DNA from: Blepharisma stoltei ATCC 30299
Taxonomy: Eukaryota; Protista; Ciliophora
NCBI GenBank assembly: GCA_965603825.1
Contig: CBFDEM010000023.1
Span: forward strand, 620,001 to 684,000
Reading direction: 5' to 3'
Length of the DNA stretch: 64,000 bases
Shown here piece after piece: positions 1-12,027 of this stretch (its first letter is position 1; the number at the start of each line of letters is the position of its first letter). The notes under the pieces were generated by a model, which worked only from the letters and a program-made list of their open reading frames with translations, ran no database searches and was not told where the DNA came from. The position numbers were made by a program, and so were the translations under genes.

Positions 1-1612
1 GTTTCTCACTTCTTCAACTCTTAATTATTTCTTCTTCTGTATCTGTCAAACTATTTCTATCCCTTTTGCGTTTTGGCCCAGGAGTTATCTCATTATGCTT
101 ACTCGATGAAATTAACCCACAAAACGGGGATTTCCTTTTCTTTTCAGAGCTTAATAATTCATTTTTAGAGTGAGGCTGATGGATTTTTCTAGTACTTTTC
201 ATTAAAACATCATACTGTTTATTCATTTTGTAATATTTGCTATGAAAAAATTCTATTTCTTCTTGAAGCTTTAATAAAGTTTCGTTTTTCAGGTAAAGCT
301 GATTATTTACTAATTCTAGCTCAATTTCTAAATTTTTCATTTTATCAAAAGCAGCTTTAGGCTCATATACAGACTTCACAGCAGTTTTTTTATAATTTTG
401 AGCCTGCACTAATTTTTCAAGCCTTTCTTTGTGCTCAGTTTGTTTAGCTTTTCGATATACACTTATTTTTGTATATGTGTCATTTTTGACTTGCTCTTCT
501 AATTTGACAGAGAGCTCCTCTAATGCTTTTTTCTTTTTATTTGGAATTTGATTTCTTAAATTTTGTTTAATTTCGTCTATTTCTTGCTGGTAATGCAATT
601 TTATCTTATTGACTTCATCATCATTTGCTTTTTGAAATTCATTTTTAGCTTCGGTAATTTTATTATTTCATTGCATTTCGTCATTTTTTAATTGCAAAAT
701 ATCAACTTCTAAGGCTTTTATAGAATTTTTATATTCTCTTTCGATTTTATTTTTTATTTTAAGCTTCTCTGTTTCAAAATGCTGGGTGCGTTCATAAACA
801 TTTTCATAAAACCCCTGAGTAATCTTTCGCTCAATATCTAGTTCAGCTCTTAAATTGTCTAATTCTTTATTTCCAGGCTCAGTTATCATTGCTAAATCAA
901 TTTCTCTTTGTGTGTTTTCTTTAATCTTCTTTATTTCTCTTCCTTTATAATCTTCTAATTTTTCGCTTATTTCATTTAGAATATTCTTTGTTTTATTTTT
1001 CATTTTTTTTATCTCTTCATCACAATTTGTTGCAATTTTTTCTTCATATGCAAAAACCTGCATAATCTTTTTGGCTTTTAAGTATTCATATGTATCTTTT
1101 TCTTCTTTTTCATATTTGGCCTTTAATTCTTTTAAACTGTTTTCAAATTTCTCATTAATTTCTTTTGTATTTTTTTCTAATTCAATATCATATTCCTCTT
1201 GAGTTAATCTTTTATTAGGAGGTTTATGATTAGGATTTGGCACTGAAAATGGCAAATTATGACTATGAATCTTTTTTTGATCTTGTATAGGCAATATTCC
1301 ATCTTTATCATCATCTTTTCTCAGCTTAATTTCTTTTACTTCTTTAGCGATTATTTTATAGATAGCATCACAAGGATGCTCAAATGTTTTTTCGCCTGTT
1401 TCTATATTTAGATAATAAATATCGCCATCTCTGGTTTGAAAAGGTTTTCATTCTTTTGGTAATGGAGCTTTTAGAGCATCTCTTGCAATATAAAGTAAAC
1501 TTTCATCTTCTGGGAGAATAAGACCAATATATTCTCCATATTCTCTGATTTCTGCGTCTGTAGGTTCGTAGTTCTCATCAGCTATCTCTTCAAGCATAAG
1601 ACTCTTTTCCAT
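1..1612 (-). CDS. CEP164: Centrosomal protein CEP164-like (N-terminal WW domain + coiled coil); 3' end runs off the window
   Basis: ATG at 1612 gives MEKSLMLEEIADENYEPTDAEIREYGEYIG...ARDALKAPLPKE(TGA=W)KPFQTRDGDIYYLNIETGEKTFEHPCD, matching the CEP164 N-terminus (PLPGEWKPCQ..GDIYYFN...DHPCD). In frame with ORFs 668..1294 and 14..598 through TGA at 668-670 and 14-16. Confidence 0.85.
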
Positions 1613-1688
1613 TTTTATGAAAATTTAATTAAAAGCGCTATCAAAAGTTTCAATTTATTTACTATTTATAACAAAATTCAGCTGAGGT

Positions 1689-2156
1689 CTATTTTTTAGT
1701 CCTCTTAGTGATTGCGGGCAAAGGATTTTTTTGATATCTTGCCATTGTGCTTTTGTATCTCTTTTGAACATAATTCTCTTTCCTTTCAGTTCTTTCATTG
1801 GGAATTTTAGATTTTAAAGTGATTTTATTGGCAGGTGAAGGAGAAAAGAGAAATAAATGCTTGAAAGATTCAAAATCTTCAAGTTTTGATTTATTCATAG
1901 AGCTGCCTGATAAAGGCGCATTCCAAAATTCATTTTCGCTACTCCCATAATTTTCTGTGACTTCACTTCTTAATTTTCTAGCTTCTTTCATCAAAATTGA
2001 TGGATCTTTAAATGCGGTTCTCCTTAATTTAAATTTTAATGTCTCAATTTTATATTCTTTTTCTTGTAGTTTTCTTTTAAGACTTTTAATTTCTTTTTCT
2101 TGATTTTGGCATCTGTCAATGAGCCCTTCTCTGGACAATGACAATATTTCATCCAT
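1689..2156 (-). CDS. Hypothetical coiled-coil protein, 155 aa
   Basis: ATG to TAG open frame; heptad-rich N-terminus; no recognisable domain. Confidence 0.6.
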   Translation of the reverse strand: MDEILSLSREGLIDRCQNQEKEIKSLKRKLQEKEYKIETLKFKLRRTAFKDPSILMKEARKLRSEVTENYGSSENEFWNAPLSGSSMNKSKLEDFESFKHLFLFSPSPANKITLKSKIPNERTERKENYVQKRYKSTMARYQKNPLPAITKRTKK

Positions 2157-2422
2157 TAATTTTTTAATTTAGCCTTACCGCATATAAATGCAAAGCATAA
2201 ACTAATATTTATTGTTCTTTGCTTGTCTGATTTTAATTTGTAAAATTATTGCACAAATTATGATTTCAGTTTAATTAAATAAGATTTTTTAGTTAAATTG
2301 GAATTATTGATTTGAATATAATTTAAAATTAAAATATTTAAGGTAATTGAATAATTTTCTTTCTATTTACCTAAAATAGCACGAACAAGCTAAATTCATC
2401 TATTTGAAATCATAATTTAAAA

Positions 2423-3861
2423 ATGAAAAGTAACTCTCAGCCAAACCAAAGGTAAATTCTAATAAGAGACCTCGAAGCCCATCTGGGAAAAAACCAAAAG
2501 CAGACCCAAAATCACAATACCTTGCTCTTTCTAACAAATTTAAATGTCCTCCAAATAAAAATTTAATTGAAAGGTAAATATAAGGCAGTTTAACTGAAAA
2601 TCAAATCGAGCTTTGTCTAGACGATATTTCAAGTCAAGAGCTTCGGCATCTGCCTAATATCCTATCAAATATAAAACAAATAAACTGTATAAAACTGTGA
2701 ACAATAGGCTATGAAAAGAAAATTAAGGTAAAATCCGCAAATAAGAAAAATAAGTCTTCTGAGCCTAATGCAAAGCCCATCGCAGCAAACCCTTCAATTA
2801 TGCACAGATTTTCGATGTTTTTGTGCAATAACTTGGCAAAAAACCAATGCTTACAGCAGCTTTGCTTGTTTGGGCTAGAATTTCAAGAAAGCAGCTGGCA
2901 GCAGCTTGCAAGTGGCTTGATTTCTTCATCTGTGCTTTCGCTAGTCATAAACCATTGCAAGTTTTCAGAGCCACAGCTTGAAATATTATTATCTGCACTC
3001 AGTAACCAAAATCAATTGAAAAGTCTAGATTTATCATGAAATGAACTAGGTGAAAAATCAGGATATATGATATCAAGAATTATAGGAAAACAAGGTGAAA
3101 GAAGAGATACTGAAACCTGAGCACAAAGTTTAAGAGGATCAATAGGAGGAAACTCTGAAGGCCTTGAAGAACTAATAATAGGCTACAACCACATTGGCGA
3201 CTATGGCTGGGAGCAGATTTTAACTGCATTGCATTGTGATATATGGCTGAAATATATTGATATCCGCGGCAACCATCTTACTTCAAAATCTTTTATAGAA
3301 ACTGAAAGACTTTTAGACGAAAATAAATATTTACTTGTAATTGATATCCGCGACAACAAAGACTCAATGAATTTCTTAACGAGAATTCTTAATAAGCTTG
3401 TCGATAATTTTACATCATATCCCCACACAGCCCTTACTGATAAATATACAATTTTATATGATCAGATTCTCAATGACCAGCAGCCTGACCCTACCTTTAT
3501 TGTTTCAGCTTTTAAACCAAGAAGAACTCTCACAGCATCTTTTTCTAAGCCAAAAAATGAATCTTTCAGAAAAGCAAGCCCAGAGCCAAATTCATATGGA
3601 AATACCAGAAATAATGATAAATGTATGAATAGGGAATGCAATAAAATCATAGAAAATTTGCAGAGGGAGTGCTCAAGATTGTCAATAGAAAATGAAAGAT
3701 TGAAAAGGAAGCTAGAAGAAGCAAGTAGAAGGGCAACTTTTTCAAGCCAAGATGAAGAAGAAACCGAAGAATATTATGAAAGTAATAGAAATATCCCAAG
3801 CGCAGAAGGGCTTCTAAGCGAAGTTGACAATATTATAAAGCAGCTCGAGAGTTTTCCTTAA
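2423..3861 (+). CDS. CEP78: CEP78-like leucine-rich-repeat centriolar protein
   Basis: ORFs 2800..3039 and 3229..3861 join through TGA. The translation LDLS(W)NELG...GERRDTET(W)AQSLRG...CDIWLKYIDIRGN...NKYLLVIDIRDN resembles CEP78 (RRHEETWAESLR...EDLWLRALDL...NTTLVVLDIRKN). 15-nt intron at 2574..2588. The 5' junction to ATG 2423 is unresolved. Confidence 0.75.
2574..2588 (+). other. 15-nt spliceosomal intron (CEP78-like)
   Basis: GTAAATATAAGGCAG; removes an in-frame TAA; A at position 10. Confidence 0.75.
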
Positions 3862-3876
3862 TTTTAAAATTTTTAT

Positions 3877-5235
3877 CTAAATCGGTGCTTTTCCTCTAGT
3901 AATCGGGGTATGAGAAGGCAGCCTATAGTTCTGAGGTCTGGACATAAAAATGTTCTGTATTGCATTGTTCCTATAAGATTTAGTTTTGCCTGAATCGTAG
4001 GTAACAGATGCTGATCTCGTTGAAGGTGTATAAGCCTGCATAAAGGTTACCCTATCTAAGCTTCTTCTCCTTTCAGGAGTTATTGATTGATTAGTTTTTT
4101 TAGCACTAACAAGCCTTTTAGCTTGCCCAAAATCTCCAAATTTTGCTATAAAGGATTCTTCTGGTGTTAATTCTGTTTTTTCTAAAAACTCGTCTTTTAA
4201 TTTTTTTAATAAATTTTGATTACTTTCACTGTTTCGCCAACTTTTGCAAATTAATTCCATATCAATTAAAAATTGCTGCTGGGGACCGAGAACACTTCCA
4301 GGGCGGCAAACCCTGATTCATCCAATAAAAGCTGCAGCTGAAATTTCATAATGCTTCATAGCATAACAAGCTATAAGAGTCCCAGTTCTTCCTAGTCCAG
4401 CTTTACAGTGGACTGCAATTCCACCTGGCTCAGTTTCAGCGATTTTTATGAATTTTTTTACGATTTCTTCAGACGGGCAGCTGCCATCAAGAAAATACAG
4501 CTCATAGTGGTTTATTCCTTCAGCCTTAAATCGGTTTGCTTCATAAGTCCTTTTATTTAGCCTTACGACAGTAGATATTCCTAATTTTTTAAAAACAGGA
4601 CAATAATCCTCAGGTGTAAAACATTTATACCCATCCCCATCAACATTATTTGGGCTTGGCGAGCTAAAAGCCAGCATTTTTTCTGGGATAATTCAGTTCA
4701 TATCTCCGTTTTCTATCCTTTGTAAATTCTCGTACTCTTCAAAATTAAACGTTTTCGGGTTAAATCAATTAAGCTTTAAAGCTCTTTCCAGCCCTTGAAT
4801 GCAATGCAATATTGTACATTTATAAGTACACATCCCAAACCCTGCATCTCTATAGTCAAGAAACCTCGGCAGCACAGAAAATGGCATTCATGCTGCTTCA
4901 CTTGTTTTATTAAGAAACAAAACTTGATACGCACACATTAAATAAGCTGCATTTGTCCTCTTTACGGGATCCAAAGCAGTATAATGAAAAATCTGATGCT
5001 GAGATAATGAAGGGTTTTTTATAAGCTTGTCTAGTTCGACGCAAAACCTATATGTCATTCCTAGGTTAATTGGTCCGAAATCTTGATTAAAAGGCTCATA
5101 GGTAAGCTCCTATATATCTTTTACATTATCTATACAGAAATATGAGGAATTCGCTTTGTTACGGGGTGGAGATTTGTTACTTATTCAGTAGAGTCGGTTA
5201 GGGATAATTTCAATGGCTTGATTGTAAGATAACAT
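3877..5235 (-). CDS. CDC14: CDC14 dual-specificity phosphatase, ~447 aa
   Basis: YEPFNQDFGPINL, NGDMN(TGA=W)IIP, VHCKAGLGRTG catalytic loop and (W)IRVCRPGSVLGPQQ; one intron at 5110..5124; ends at TAG. Confidence 0.95.
5110..5124 (-). other. 15-nt intron (CDC14)
   Basis: GTAAAAGATATATAG; contains an in-frame TAG; removal restores FCIDN-ELTYEPF. Confidence 0.9.
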
Positions 5236-5372
5236 TAAGTAATAATAAAGTAAATTGAAAAATTAATTTATTAAGAGGTGATATGAAGGAATTTTTTTAT
5301 TAATTAAGTTAATTAGAGAAACAAATAGCCGGCAAAGAATTTAATTAGCAGATAAAATTTTATAAAAATAAA

Positions 5373-8300
5373 ATGATAGTAAGAGGTTCAAGCATTAACC
5401 CCAGCTCTTTTATGAGGGTCGATAGCTATAACCCTGGCATTGAAAAACTGAGTGAAAAGGCACTTGGAACTGGTATTATCAAGAAAGAGAAAAATTTCAG
5501 AAAACATAAGAAAAAGCAGGACTTGGAAATGCAGACTTATATAAAATTAACATCCACAAGTGAGCATGATTTTCATACAAAATGAGCGATGCTAATCCTG
5601 ATAGTAAATTTATACAACATTTTTACAGCAACATATTTTCTAGGGATAAAAGGGTTTCCATCGTCTATATGGCTAGCTATTGAGCTTTCTTTTGAAATTA
5701 TTCTCTTATGTGATTATATTTCAAGATGAATTTTAAAAAATTTAGAAGTGTGGAGCCGTATGTGGATGCTCCATGAGAAGTCGACGTATTTGCATAATAT
5801 TTGCTTATTTATCTCGTCTATACCCTACTCATTCTTTTCCTTGATAATGTCTGTAAATCTAGATGGCTGGGGCGTTGCGATAGTCAGGATACTAAAAACT
5901 TTAAGGTTTTTTCAATTTTTTACATTTTTTGAAAACCAAGAAATTCTATTGAAAAAAGCATCTGGCGGTTTTCTTATGAAAGTATGCAAATATCTGATTC
6001 TTTTATTAGTAATTTTTCAGTCTACAGGAATGCTTCTACTAGTTGTAGGAAGAATTGAAGTTGAAAAAAATAACCCATACAATTGGCTACAGCCTTGAAT
6101 TGATGGGGACGCCCAAACATATGAAATTTATACAGACGCTTTTTATTGAGCAGCAAGCATGATATCAAGAATTTCTTATAACAGCCCAATCCCAAATACA
6201 GCAGGAGAAAAAGTAATTTCTGCACTTATTATGATACTTGGAGTTTTTACATGTGCTTTTATATGTGGACTGATTGTTCATATGCTGATTACAGTAAAAG
6301 CAAAAGATTTCGAGACAGAACAGAAACTAGAAAGAGCGAAAAAATGGTGCAGGCTGCGCCATATAAATTCTCATCTAAAAGTAAGGATTTTGGCGTATTA
6401 TTACTTTGTGAGGACTCAGTTTTCGCATTTTATTGACTGAGGATTCTTAGATGAGCTTCCTTTATCACTAAAAAGTGAAATTTCTGTGTCTATACATTCA
6501 GATATGATCCCTAAAGTCGCGATTTTTGAGATGGCGGACCCTTCTTTTGTACTGTCTATTGTAAGATGCCTAACACCTAAAGTATTTATGGCTGGAGACT
6601 ATATAATTAGGCAAGGAGACTATGCAGAAGAGTTATTTTTTATTAAAATAGGAACAGTTGAAGTGATTGCTGCAGATTCTGAAACCATTATAGCTTATTT
6701 AGAGGAAGGTGACTATTTTGGAGAGATTGGGGTATTATTAGACCAGAGAAGGTCACTATCAGTGAGGTCTTATAATGCGACAATGATATCGTCAATATCA
6801 AAAAATGACCTTATGCCTGTACTTCAAAACTATCCTGAATATCATGAATTTTTAAAAAATGTAGCTGAGCAAAGACTTAAAACTACAAACACCGAAGATA
6901 TTGATTACTTATGTGATCTACAAGTTGACGAGTCAGACTCTGATTCTTCAGACAGCTCTGACGAGAACACAGATCCCAGCTTTGGGACTCATATCGACCA
7001 CTCAGAAAAAACCTGCATCCAAAGGTTCATTTCAGTCGCCAAAACCAACGATGTCCAAGGGTCCTACATAATTGATCCTTTTTCTCAGTTTTTTTATATC
7101 TGGCTGCTTACTATATCCATTAGTTTTGGTTTTTATCTTTTTTATGTCCCATTTATAATTGCCTTTGAATATCCTGATTTTGATTTATGACTGTCATTTG
7201 ACGTTATAGCATACGTAATTTATATTGTTGATATCGCTGTATGTTCTAATACTTCTTTATATACAGAGCATGGGACTTATAACAGTGATATTGATGCAAT
7301 AAGAAGGAACTATTTAGAAAATTATTTATTAATGGATATAATTTCGTCAGTTCCTATTGATTTTCTATTAATAGCCTTTGACGCGCCTCGATATGCAGCA
7401 GCATTTTTTAAGCTTGTGAGGTTTTTTAAAGCGAAAAGAATTTGAAATTTATTAGGATTTTTGCAGCAGCATATGAAATCGTCTATAATATTGATAACTC
7501 TTATTGAGTCAATAACACTAGTTATATACTATGCACATTATGTAGCTTGTATTTCTTTTTATTTAGCAAAATTACAGTACTGAATTAACCCTAATACTAG
7601 GTTCAATAAAGAAAATTTCATTAACCAGTTTGCTCTTAACAACTACTATAACCCTGATGACACAATTCTAGATATCCCTATTTTCGACCAGTATGTAAAC
7701 TTACTTTATTTTGGCTACTCTATAGTAACTCTAGGGGTTTATGGAGATATCCCAGTCTGCACGACAGCTGAAAAAGTATTAAGCATGATATTTCTGATCG
7801 TGTCGACCATTTTAGAAGCATTTTTAATTAGCAGAGCTTGGAATCTTGCTACAAATTATCATAAAAATCATACAGAACACCTAGCAAAAGTGTCAATCAT
7901 AAAACAATGAATGAGCCATTGCAAACTTTCTAAGGATCTCCAGCAACGTGTGCTAAATTATTATAATCTTCTATGGACCAAGCTTCAAGGCTGTGATGAC
8001 GAAGAAATTCTTTTGGATCTTCCTGAGTCCCTCAGGACTGATATCCGATATTTCCTATTTGCAGGGCTAACCAAATCAGGGTTTTTCCCTGAAGATGAAA
8101 AAGGTGCTATTTTATCTATCATAAGAAGATGCAAACTTTCTATGGTATGTGGAGGGGAAAGAATAGTCACAGAAGGCGAACTTGGCTTAGAGATGTACTT
8201 TATTTTAGAAGGAGAAGTAGAAATAGTGTCCTCCACAGGCTTTGTGTTTAATACGCTAGGCAGTGGCATGGTTTTTGGAGAAATTGCTCTGCTTAAAATA

Positions 8301-11300
8301 GTTCCTTCTGTTAGAAGTGCAACCGTAAGAGCAAAAATTGACACAACTCTGGCTATACTGTCCATGAGTGATTTTAATTTTGTTATGAATAACTACCCTG
8401 ATTTTTCTCAAAAAGTAAGAAAAATTGCAGCAGAGCGAGAAAGAATGAACAGGGTTACTATGCAAAACAATAGTATGAAAGCACTGGTTACATATGTAAA
8501 TGACTCAGAAACGCTTAAATTTACATCATTGGAAAATAAAGAAGAAGAAAAACCGAAAGATATATCAAATGACCAAGATGAAAATAATGCAACGCAAGAT
8601 AATATGGAAACTAAAATATTCCCGAATGGAGATGTCCCTGTTTATGTGTTCCAGTTTAACCCACTTTTGGTCAAATTTCATAGCTATAGATGGAAGCAGT
8701 TTGTATATTTTATCGTGAATTTTTATAATTTCGTATGGATGCCGCTCCAAATTGCGTTTGAGTACAAGTATGAGCATTGGTCGATCAGCTTGGAAATCTG
8801 CTCAATGGTGATTTATTTAATCTTTGGCATGTATTATTGGATGTTATATGATGTAATATCTAAATGCCCACATTCAGCAGTAAAAAAGAAATTTCCTAAC
8901 GTCAAGCCTAAAACAGCCTTTTGAAAATCCGTCCACAATTTTGTTTTATTTCTCCCATTTGCTATGATATTTTCGCTAAGCGAGACACCAGAGCCAAGAT
9001 GGATAATATCAATACTTTCAATAATAAGAATTTCTGGAATTTACTGTGTGGTTGAAGTTTTTGATTATTTAAAACATAGAATGAAATATTTTATTTTTTT
9101 CAGATTTTTTGAAGTAGCTGTAATATATTTCATGGCTAACCATTTATGTGCATGCTTTTTTATTGAAATTGGTAGAAGTGAAGATACAGTCCACTCATGG
9201 TTTTATAAAATTTATTTATCAAAAAGTAACTTTAGCGTACATGATTCACTGTCAAATTCCACAATTTTGGTCCATGCTTACCATTGGGCTTCTATGGTTG
9301 TGTCCCATGTTGGGTATGGATATATTACTAGTGTGTCTCCTTGGGAAAAAGTTTATAACTGTTTTATGTTCCTTCTAGGATTTTTTGTATTTATTGTGCT
9401 TTTTGGAAGCATTTGTTCACTGTTCAAGGAGCTTATTTCGAATAGGAGGTATAAGCTTAAAGATAATTATGAATATGTCAGGGATTTCATCAAGAAGAAA
9501 AAAGTTGACCAACAATTCATGAAACAGATAAATGACTATTTTAATTATTTATGAAAAGCAAATAAAGGAATAATTGATCAAGATATCCTTAAACATCTGA
9601 CACCGACTCTTATGTCTGATATACAACTTTATAGGTATAGGGAAGCTGTTCAAAATTCTCAATTGTTTAGGAAAAAGGATGGAAAAATACATGAGCAGCT
9701 GGCGAGAACAATGTTTAGACTTTGCCATACAGAATTTTATTTAATTGGGGACCCAATTATGCATGGTGGTGAAAGGAATAACGATTTTTTTATTATGCTA
9801 GATGGTGAAGCTGATATTATTGATATTAGAGGAAAAGCTAATGTAAAAACACTTAAAACGGGTGACCATTTTGGAGAAGTTGGCTCATTTATTCCTGAAA
9901 TCCCAGTTAGGACAGCAAGTGCAGTTGCAATTAAAATTTGCCAAGTAGCCAGGCTAAAAGCTGATCAGCTTGAAATGCTAATGGATGCATTCCCTGAATG
10001 ATATGAATCTATGCAAAAACTAGCTGAAAACAGGATAAAAGAAACATTTTGCGCAGAGAGCATCGAAGAAGCTATCGCAAAATTTGATAAAATAGCTAAA
10101 AAAATTTCAAATGATCCAAGCACAGCCAAAAAGTACCAAAAAAGAACAGAAAAATTAATGGCGCCCAAAATTTCAAAAATCCTATCAATAGAGCCAAGCA
10201 ATAGATGAATGAATTTAACTTTGCTTCACATGGCTACTCTAATATACACAGCCTTTGCCCTTCCTCTTGAAGTATGCTTCAATATAAAACTAAACTATTT
10301 TCTCTATATAATGGAAGTTATCTGTGTATCAGAATCCATAGTATTTTTTGCAATAATTACAAAATATACTATTTTCTCAAGGAAAAAAAAGAATGATGAA
10401 GAAATGGATATTGAGCATCATAAGCATTTTATTATTTTCGACATATTAGGAATGTCGCCTTTTAACTTGATATTTGACATGATGAGAATTGAGCACCCGT
10501 TTTACCTTATTATTTTATTAAGATTATTGAGGATTGCTTCAGTGTTTAGGCTTCAGTCATTGTTTTCGAAGATGGAAATGCAGTGGAGACATATATCGTT
10601 TATTTTGAACTGTATAAAAGCGACAGTTATAGCGGTCATTTTTATCCATTGGCTAAGCTGCTTGTGGTACTTTATGAATTGGCAAGAAGATGGATATTCC
10701 TGGGCTGAGTCTAACCATCTAGAAGATTCGACAACCTGAAATAAGACCTCATTTTCATATTTTTATATACTAAATATCCTAACCTTGACAGGCTACTCTT
10801 TTATGCAAGAAGCCAATGATACTGAAAGAGTGGTCACGATTTTCCTGATTTTTATAGGAGATATGCTTATCGCTATGCTTTTTGGGTTCATGGCAACTGT
10901 CATTGAATCCCACAAATCTGAATTACAAGACTACATTAATAAGCTGAATTCACCATTTAGTGTCACAAATAAATCTGAAAAATCTGAACAATTAATGAAA
11001 AAGCTAAAATCATTTTATGCATTTTCTACATCTTTAAGCCAGGTGCATGGGCCAATTGATTTTAATCAGTTATATATGTATTTGCCATCGAATATTGTGA
11101 ATTCGATTATTTATGAGTGCAATAGGCCAGTTCTTAAAGAAGTGACATACCTTCAGCTAACAGATTCTGTAGAACTGTATGAAAGTTTGGCTATGTTGCT
11201 TAAGCCAAGATTATTTTTACCAGAAGATTATATCATATATCATTATGATTTTGGCTGCGAAATGTTTTTTATTATAGAAGGGTCTGCTGAAATACGATCT

Positions 11301-11864
11301 ATAGATGGCAAAAAAACAATAAAAACTCTAACAAAAGGCTCTGTAGTTGGAGATATTGAATTAATTACTGATGAAAAGCCTTTTTACTCAGTTGTCGCTA
11401 AAACTTTATGCTTAAGCTATTTTGTGGGTAAGACTGATTTTCATAAACTGGTTATTCAGTTTCCTGATATTTCTGAACAAATTAAGTTAGAAACAGAAAA
11501 ACTAAGAAGGGAAAGGACAGATTTAAATGTGATTATTGAGCAAGATTCTTATATAGAAGAAGATGGATCCCCGCTTGTAAACTCTCAGGACATTATTAAT
11601 TCTATGACTATATATAAGTTAGTGAATTTCCCTATTATTCAAGAAGCGAGTGACACGAACTGGATTGGAGCTTATTCAGGGCTCAAAAATTTAAACTCAC
11701 AGACAATTAAAAAGCCTGGAACATTAGCTATAACAAAAAAGTCATCAAAAAGAAGACCGCACTATTCAAAAGAGCACAAAAGAAGGTTTAGTAGAGAATT
11801 TATTGGGAAAGAAATCATGATATCAGAGCTTTCTTCAATTTCGATTAAAACAGATAAACCTTAA
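5373..11864 (+). CDS. Four-repeat (pseudo-tetrameric, CNGK-like) cyclic-nucleotide-gated cation/K+ channel, 2163 aa
   Basis: Ten ORF-track pieces all lie in one frame and are separated only by TGA (14 by my count), with no TAA/TAG until 11862-11864. There are four 6TM + pore + C-linker + CNBD units (FGEIG..RS, FGEIA..RSA, FGEVG..RTA, VGDIE). Confidence 0.9.
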
Positions 11865-12027
11865 ATATTTGAATTTTTTATATATTTGATTTATTATGTA
11901 ACCCTAAAATAATAAAAATTATCCTTAATTTAGATCCAAAAAAGCAAGCTAAAATTAATTACCTAAAACCGCTTTATTCAAAATCAATGATTTAATCGCT
12001 TCAACTCTCCATAACTGCCATTAATAA

